This document shows positions 54,723 through 64,000 of a stretch of 64,000 bases of DNA, piece after piece. Source of the stretch: the human T2T-CHM13v2.0 reference genome, Homo sapiens; NCBI RefSeq assembly GCF_009914755.1, contig NC_060926.1. One strand, given 5' to 3'. Both the position numbers and the translations under genes were made by a program. Each line of letters starts with the position of its first letter. Position 1 is the first letter of the stretch. The notes under the pieces are model-generated. The model saw only the letters and a list, made by a program, of their open reading frames with translations. It had not been told where the DNA came from and ran no database searches.

Positions 54723-56168
54723 ATCTGCAGGAATGGACATTCATACAACAGCATTATTGAGAGCAGTGAGTTGCAGAGATGGACACTTTGGAGGAAATGC
54801 TAAGTCTGAAAACCTTGCATGGTGGCCTAAAGTGTCCTTGTGTGTGGGGTTCTTAGAGGGAAGAAAGGTGGATTGGAGTGACACTTCCCTCTCTGTCACT
54901 TTGCAGAGGTATTTCTATTGGGCAGGGCCACATCCCTGGAGGGAGTGGGTGGCAGAGTAGCTGGAGGAGACCTTGTGATAGGTTGACAGGTTAGTTGGTG
55001 CTTATAGGCACATCCCAGGAATATGAGCTGACAGGGCCACAGGACCTGCTTGGAAGAGGTCCTGACCAGGAACCGAATCATGCCACTAGAACCTCTTTAA
55101 TAAAATGAAAGAAAACTAAGGCCTTGAAATAGGAAGGTGGTGGTTTTAGCTTTTTCTGAAATTGACCTGAGTGGGCCATGAGCCTCACAGGCAAGTCAGA
55201 GAGAAATGACCAATGTCACTGCCCCTGCTGGGTGGACTTGGTGTGGGCTGTTACACCTTTTACATTGTGCTTCCTCCCTTGAGAAGTATTCTAACTTTCC
55301 TTTGGAGAAGGGGCTGCATTTCATGAAGTTTGCCACTAGACTGCACCCTTATCTATGATAAGAATTCTTTCTGGAGGACTGCTTTCAAGAAAATATTTTT
55401 TCTTGCTCGTTCAGTTCAGGAGCATCTCACTTTATGCCGTTAACACCCCCAGATCCTGATCTCTCTTCTCACTTATCTATTTGCCGAAAGGCACATTTTA
55501 AAACAAGGTTAACGTCTAAAGTTATGTCTTTGCCTGTATTGCCAAAGGGGGTTTAGCCACGTGGTGGCTGGGAGAGGGAGGAGCATTGTGTGTAATGATT
55601 AAAACAAAAAATAGCAGCAAGGCTCATCTTAATTTCTTCTTTTCTCAGTCTGAGGGCTTGGTAAGGTAGGAACAAATCAATATTCAAAACTTTGGTGGAA
55701 ATATTTTAGAAGTGAGGGAAATCGTGTTATTTTGTCATTTGTGTCAAGTTCAGACTACAAGAGTGGCAGCAGAATGTGTGCAGTATGTTCTCTTCCCTGC
55801 TCCTATTTCTTTCTGCACACCCTTAGCAGCTCAGCCTGCCTCAGGCACACTGGTAGCTTTTAAGATGATTGGGGGAAATTGTGGTACTCCTTCCAAAGAA
55901 ACATGAGTTGCCTCGTTCCAGTCACCCTGTATTCTGAGAGAGATGGCCTCTAGTGACACCTCTTTTTGTGTAGCCGACTTCCAATGGCTGGATAATACAA
56001 TATGTGAAGACAGGTAAAAGGAGGGGGGATCATTCACAGAAAAGATAAAAAGGGTAGAGAGAAGGGAGGAGGAGAATGTGGTGGGAGCCGGACCCTGGGG
56101 CAGAGCAGTACAGGGGCCATGGAGAGAGGTTACTCTGCAAGACTGTAAATGTTAAGCAGCTATTCTTT

Positions 56169-56257
56169 TTTTTTTTTTTTAATACTTTAAGTTCTAGGGT
56201 ACATGTGCACAATGTGCAGGTTTGTTACATATGTATACATGTGCCGTGTTGGTGTGC
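56169..56257 (-). mobile_element. Extremely 5'-truncated L1PA insertion
   Basis: Poly-T then atactttaagttctagggtacatgtgcacaatgtgcaggtttgttacatatgtatacatgtgcc (L1PA 3' end); TSD taagcagc(t/c)attcttt at 56153-56168 and 56258-56273. Confidence 0.9.
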
Positions 56258-57843
56258 TAAGCAGCCATTCTTTATCTCCACTTAGAAATGGGCTTAGGTT
56301 ATAAGGGATTCAGACACTGGAGCTGTTGTCCAAGAGACCCTGGGATAGGCTTCCCGAGAGGGCATGAGAGAAAGAAGAATTCTCAGTAGCCTGGGATTGT
56401 CTATAGTAATTTCATCCAAAGATGGAGGACTGGCCAGATGGGTGTTGTTTCTGAGTCCATAATTAACATATGACAATGGAGTGGGAAGGTGTTGGTGTTG
56501 TTACTGCAGGATACGGGATTATGGAGGATGCCTATGAGCCTTACTTGATTCCATTTTCCCCTTCCCTCCATTCTGGAGGTCTAGATCTGTTCACAATCAC
56601 CTTTAGAAAATTGCTTGTAGAAAAAAAAATAGTTTGCATCAACCAGGGTAATTGGGAGGGGATCATTAATTCCTGCCAGATACAAATGTTCCCTTCCTAG
56701 AGACCCCCCTGTGCTGCCGGCTTGCTTTCGCTGTCATGGGCTTCCCAACTCTGGCATAGACAAGCTTCTATACCTGTCAACTGCATCTTTTTCGGGGAAG
56801 TAGTATTTAAATATCAACCACTTGTGTCCCGTTTCCCCGGAGATCACTCCTCCTCTTTCCTTTAAAAGATTAACTGCTTATCAAAGCCAGCTTTCAAGAA
56901 ATGCAGCGGAGTGAAAGATTTATGATCTTTTATCTGGATAACTTTTCAAAGGATAGATAGTGTTTTTATTTTATAAAGCTTCGGATGCCTTGCCTGTGGT
57001 CATTTCCTGTGAGTTTCTAAGTGATTTTCAAGGATGATGCCTGATAACACAGTTTGGGAAAGCTAGACTTTTTAGTAGGACACAAAGTATTGTGGATTCT
57101 ACTGGTTAGAATGGAAAAATGTTAGCTAAGGATCTTGTCTTCATTCTCCTTTCTGTGTCACTCTCACCACTCTCAGACAGGCTTATTTATATAATTTATT
57201 CAATTTTTAAAGACCTCATGACATTGACTTCAGTCTCTCCCAGAGGCCAACACACATCAAGAATACTAATGCTGCGGCCATGTTGTCCTGGTCCCAAACT
57301 AAGGTACAGTGATGTTCAATAAAGAAAGTGCCCCCTTGTTCAGGTCCTTCCCTAGCTCTGGGAGGTTCAGCAAGACTGAAGTCTGTGTTAAAGAGCAGCA
57401 TGAGGCAACTTTGTTGTAGTGATATTGCTGAAGGCTAGGTGGCAGGATAGATACATCATTAGAAACACGCCTCCTTTCACGAAGGGAAAGAAGCAGATAC
57501 TGGTAGAGGTGTTTAACAATGGGGATGGGGCAACGGGAGAAGAAAAAGCATGGATGGAAGGACAGGTACGGACACCCTGTGGGTCCACTTATAGGCCACC
57601 CCAGCATCGGCACTGCACTGTTGCCCCAATAGCACCAGGCCAGCCTGAGGTGCAAAACCCTCTGTGTCCCACCAGATGCTGTGTTCATGATTACTTTTCT
57701 TTGGAGAAAAGGTATGGCCAGGGTAGGAACTTGATGACTTTGGGTTCATCAAAGGGTGTCCTAAACCTTCTCTGAGGAATAATCAGAAGTGATCTTCAGC
57801 CACAATTCATAAAAATTCCCCCTGTTAAATTAAAAAAAGGTAA

Positions 57844-58250
<407 letters not shown>

Positions 58251-59946
58251 TGAAGATTTTGTTAAAAGAGAAGTAGAGTGGGACAGATAACAGCTCACCT
58301 CCCATGCATGCCATCCCCGCATCCTCTTCCCTGGACAGAGGTAGTCAGTGTCCTGAAATAGCTCTGTATCCTTTCTGCACAATATTTTTCTAGGTTTTAT
58401 GTGTAGTTTCTCATAGAACAGAATTATAGTGATTTTTGAGGGTAAAACCATGTGCTACTTTAGAGTTAATTTTGTAGTGGTGCTTGCAGTGGTGGCAATT
58501 TAACTAGAGTCTAAATTGACCCTGAGGCTGGCTGTTAAAGGAGCCGGAGCCAGCTGTGACGCAGAGTGATTTATATCCCGATGTGAGCCGCATATAAGTT
58601 AATAGCTGCACGAATTGATGTTAAGGAGGCTTCTGGAGCAGTTCCAGACAGATAGGGCAGAGCAGGGCAGGCTCCATAAATACTGTTTCTGGTTGGAGCC
58701 CTTCTGTCTTCTTGGATCATGGGATCTGGCATGTTCCTACAATGGACCGCTCAGAAGCTGTTTCAATTTTGGAAAATGAGATTAACCAGGAAAAGTGATC
58801 TGTTGTGACTTAGAGACAGTGTTGGTAGCACCAGATCTAGGTGGGAGAGAGATAGGGTAGGTAGAAAAAATGGAATCACATGGAAAAAGAGGAGAGAGAG
58901 AGAGAGAGTGTTAACTACTTGAAGCAGGTTTAATATGATTCATATGAACCGTGAAAAGGCCAAGTAAAATCACAGTGCATGGTTAGCAACTGAGATTTCA
59001 CACAGTTTGGGAGGGAGAAGTGGTAAGAGCTAGCTTACCACTGTTAGTGCAGAGGGTAAATTTGTGTAAATTAGGAAAAGATGACCTTCCTCAAGATACT
59101 TTACTTCTATTCATCAGAATATTGTTATAAAATACAGATTCTGTTAGGACAGGAAACTTTACTGCCTCTTCCAGGAAATTGTCATAATGAATGTACCTGT
59201 CTGTGTCTGCTCTGTGAATAGCACCACTTAAACGGGGTTCTTGCTGTGTCGTACACAATCTGCACAGCTCTATGCAATGGCCCTGGTTGGAAGAGCTAAA
59301 CTTCATATCTAAACTAGCAGGAAACACTGCTTTTCTACTAGTGTGGAAAGCATGGGTCCAGTGACGTGATTTGATCCGTTACTGGGGCTAAGGGATAGTC
59401 CTGAAACATTTAAAGCAGCTGCCTCTGGCCGTGTTCCCAGCTGGGTCAATCTAAACCCCTATGCCCTTCTTTCCTTAGAGAAATCAAGCTTTTCCATGCC
59501 TCCACACCTGTGCACAAACTCTTCATTCTGACAGGAACACTTTTCTTCTTCACTGCTAACTGGTGAGCTGCTAATTGTCATTAAAAACCTGGATGAAATC
59601 ACATCTACTTTGGAAGATTTTGCTGACTCTCGTGTGTGATTTCCTAAGTGCATCTTGCTAGTGCCCCTGGGATCCTCTGTGTCTTCTTTAGTAAAATAGG
59701 GGGAAAATATTGTCTGCTTCAAAGGGTTGTCGTGGGACTTGAGTGAGGCAGTCCGTGTATATCTTGTTAGTGCTTAATCAATATTACCTGCTGTAGTCCC
59801 ATCTTCCCCATTAAACTGAGGATCTTGAAGGGCCCCAGGTTTTATTCATCTTGGTTTTCCTCCTATCCTTACCTTTTGGACATGAGCCCTTAGTATAGTT
59901 TCTAGCACAGAAGGCACTTAATACATTATTTTTAACTGAAAAACAT

Positions 59947-60250
59947 TGAGTGTGGTGGCTCTTGCCTATTATCTCAGCACTTTGAGAAGCCGAGGTGGGG
60001 AGATCACCTGAGGCCAGGAGTTCAAGACCAGCCTAGGCAACATGGTAAAACCCTGTCTCTACAAAAAATACAAAAATTAGCTGGGCATGGTAGCCCACGC
60101 CTGTAGTCCCAGCTGCTCAGGAGGCTGGGGTGGGATGATCACCCAAGCCTAGGGAGGTCAAGGCTGCAGTGAGCCGTGATTGCGTCACTGCACTCCATCT
60201 TGGGTGACAGAGTTTGACCCTGTCTTAAAAAAACAAAAAGAAAGAAAAAT
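59947..60250 (+). mobile_element. AluJ
   Basis: ggaggtcaaggctgcagtgagccgtgatt diagnostics. Confidence 0.88.
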
Positions 60251-61924
60251 ATTTACCACCCCTGAATTATTCCAGCGTCTTCCAACATCTTCCTAAACGC
60301 CTGAGTTTATCTTTGCATCATTTTGCCGGACTGTTGGTAATGTCTATGTTGATGTGTTTCTATTATGTTCTTTCATATACTAGTCTGGTCAATCCTGTAT
60401 ATTGCAAATGTAGCTTATAAACTCTTTACAAAAATTCCAATAGAGCCCTATTGTTGGACTTAAAATATGTTAATTGTAATGTAACTTAAATATGTACAAA
60501 CATTTTAAGGTGTATGCTCTGTATGCTAACCTCACTGTAAAATCCAACTAATATGTAAATAAACCCAACTAAAGTTACAAACTCAACAAAGTGCAAAATG
60601 ACGACATTAATTTGTGTGTTGATTGGTGTTTGGTTGATGTTTTGCTGAAAATAAATCACTACTCATGTTGTGATTATGGTTTAACTGTGACAGTGCAAGT
60701 TTTTTTGAGCTTGGCATGCACATTTGATATTTTGTTTGATGATTTAACTCTCCCACTACTTTTTTTTTTTTTTTTAAAAAAAACAACAGTGGAGTCATGT
60801 CTTGCATAGTGGTTAGTTTTAAAGTCATCTTGAAATACAAAAATTGAGTATAATCAAGATTCCCCATGAAAAGTCCTTAAATTACTTACAAAACAAAATG
60901 GTACTGCCAAATCTTCACTTTTTGTAACATGGCACCATGTCACTCAGCCTTCACTCAGCTTCCACACATTATCTCAGGACCATGTCTGCTTCTGCTCTTT
61001 AGCCCATCAGCAAATGACAATGAAAGTGGTGTTACTTGGCTTCTATGCCTTAGAAAATGAAAAAAGTCTTCTAGAGCTGAATTAGGTGGTCATCCAGATG
61101 ACCTAAAATATGTTTATTTTCGAGATTATTAGCAAAATGACACATACACACATATATTGCAAAACAATTAGCATAGAATATATCTCTAGATCACTCCAGT
61201 TTGAGAAATACTGGTGTACTCCTTCACTGTCTTTTTCACTCTCATCCAAGATGGCTCTGTACTCAAGGAGAGCATAAATGGTATTCAGTGACTGCTTCTT
61301 TGGTCCAGGCCCAAGGAGTTACCTCCTCATCAATACAAGGAACACAGACACTTGACCATGAACCGAAAGCTGGGTTCACAGTTTCACAGACTCTTGAGCT
61401 GACTAGAACTCCAGGAAGCTGATCTGCAGAGATTCTGTTCCAACTTTTGGTCTGCTGGCAAGGCTGTGAAGTCACTCAGTTTAACTAGGCAATTATTGGG
61501 TTTTAAATAGACTCAGGACTTATCCTCTGAGAGCTCCTTTCTAGGCCAGACACACTTGACCAGCTGGGACAAAAAATCTACACACAACCAAATGACAAAT
61601 CTTGGACAAAACCACACTTTAAATATAAACAACATGAACAGTCTCTAGTATTATGGCTCATGTGTGTATGTGTGATGGGGGGTATATTGGAAGCTACATA
61701 CAGAGATGTCATGGGGCCAGGAGAGTTGGCTACCAATTTGTTGGTGAATGAGGAAGGAGGAGATACTGTTTACAGCATAAACATCATGACTTAATAGGTC
61801 CTTCGCCTTGTGTAGACTTACAACAGGTTAATGCACCAATTCGATTACCAAGCAGAGAACAAAAACATCTTAACCTCAAGCCAACCAAGAGAACATCTAT
61901 TTAAAGCAAGGATTGAAAGACCAG

Positions 61925-62261
<337 letters not shown>

Positions 62262-62489
62262 TTACCCAATTGGCATAGATTAAATGTGGAGGGTGGGTTT
62301 CTCTGAGACCCAAATGTTGAATATCACGTTTATTTTTATTAAAGCAGCTCATCCTTGAGCAAGTTGCATAACTTTTTCTGGTTCAATTTATTCTTCTGTA
62401 AAGTGGATTATGGTACGTATCAGTGGGGTGTTGTGAGGACTAAATAAGATCATCTATGTAAATCACTTAGCACAGCACCTACTACAAAG

Positions 62490-63284
<795 letters not shown>

Positions 63285-64000
63285 TGAATATTTTTATATA
63301 CAAAATTTTCAGAACTGCATCTCTCTTCTCATAGTCCTTCTAGGCCTTAATTTTGCCTAGAAAAAAGTGCCATGAAAGCAGGCAGTTTGACGGCTGTGTT
63401 CACCATTGCATTGCCCAGGGCCTACAAGAGCAACCGACATATAGTAGATGCTCAAATATTTGTGAGTAAATGAATGAAGTCTATTTCTTTCCTCCTTTCC
63501 TCTTTCTATTTTTTCTTTTGATTACTCAATAGCCAGCTTCTCTTTCTTGTTATCTTTTTTACGTTGCTAAAGTATTAAAGGCAAAAAAAATAAAACCAAA
63601 CAAATTTTAATTTTCTTTGTTGATAATTACTAAATCCTCCCTAATCACTTGCTCTCTGCAACCAGTTAGAAACCCAACCAGATGGGAAAGGGCCTGGGAG
63701 AGTAGGGGGTGGGGAGAGATGCCTGTGTTGGAGAGAGCTGGAGTCCACTTGGGGCATTTCCTAGGGGTTGATATGGGCCAGGGCTGGGAGTCTGGAATGA
63801 ATGGGACTTAATTCTACTCAATAGTCTGGGAAGAAATAAATGAGGTCAATATTGACCCTAGAGGTTCAAAGTCAAAGTTTAAATGAGGCACCACCAGTAA
63901 AGGCCCCAAAGATTTGGTCACCTGCATCAGATGGTTTCTGGCCTGCAAACACATAGGGAGTTGTAAAATCTTGGACTCAGGCAGAACCCGGAATATGAAA

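Noticed and set aside
55219-55236. CTCF-like CCCAGCAGGGGCAGTG on the - strand
   Set aside because: One G short of the core spacing, so too weak to call.
59100-60900. Possible old DNA-transposon remnants at ~59100-59285 and ~60300-60900
   Set aside because: They look repeat-like but I cannot assign family or boundaries without a Dfam search.

Overview
Primate (very likely human, chr2q35) genomic DNA with the convergent, tail-to-tail IGFBP2/IGFBP5 pair. On the + strand are most of IGFBP2 intron 1 (exon 1 lies upstream of the window), exons 2-4 (18983-22529) and a short 3' UTR ending near 22862. On the - strand is the whole IGFBP5 gene: TATA at 54002-54010, a ~770-nt 5' UTR, four coding exons (819 nt, 272 aa) and a ~4.6-kb 3' UTR ending near 30530. 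The rest is intronic or intergenic DNA rich in Alu, THE1/MLT LTR, hAT MER, MIR/L2 and L1 fragments. No further protein-coding gene is supported, and I see no new gene system. The most striking unexplained features are: (1) a 31/33-bp long-range inverted repeat in the AUG-free IGFBP5 5' UTR; (2) a divergent pair of strong CTCF motifs between the two promoters; (3) three tandem AluY copies delimited by four copies of one target-site sequence; (4) a 49-bp dispersed duplication and a multi-arm palindrome in IGFBP5 intron 1; (5) a back-to-back bidirectional poly(A) signal at the IGFBP5 3' end. Repeat subfamily calls and boundaries were made by eye and are approximate.
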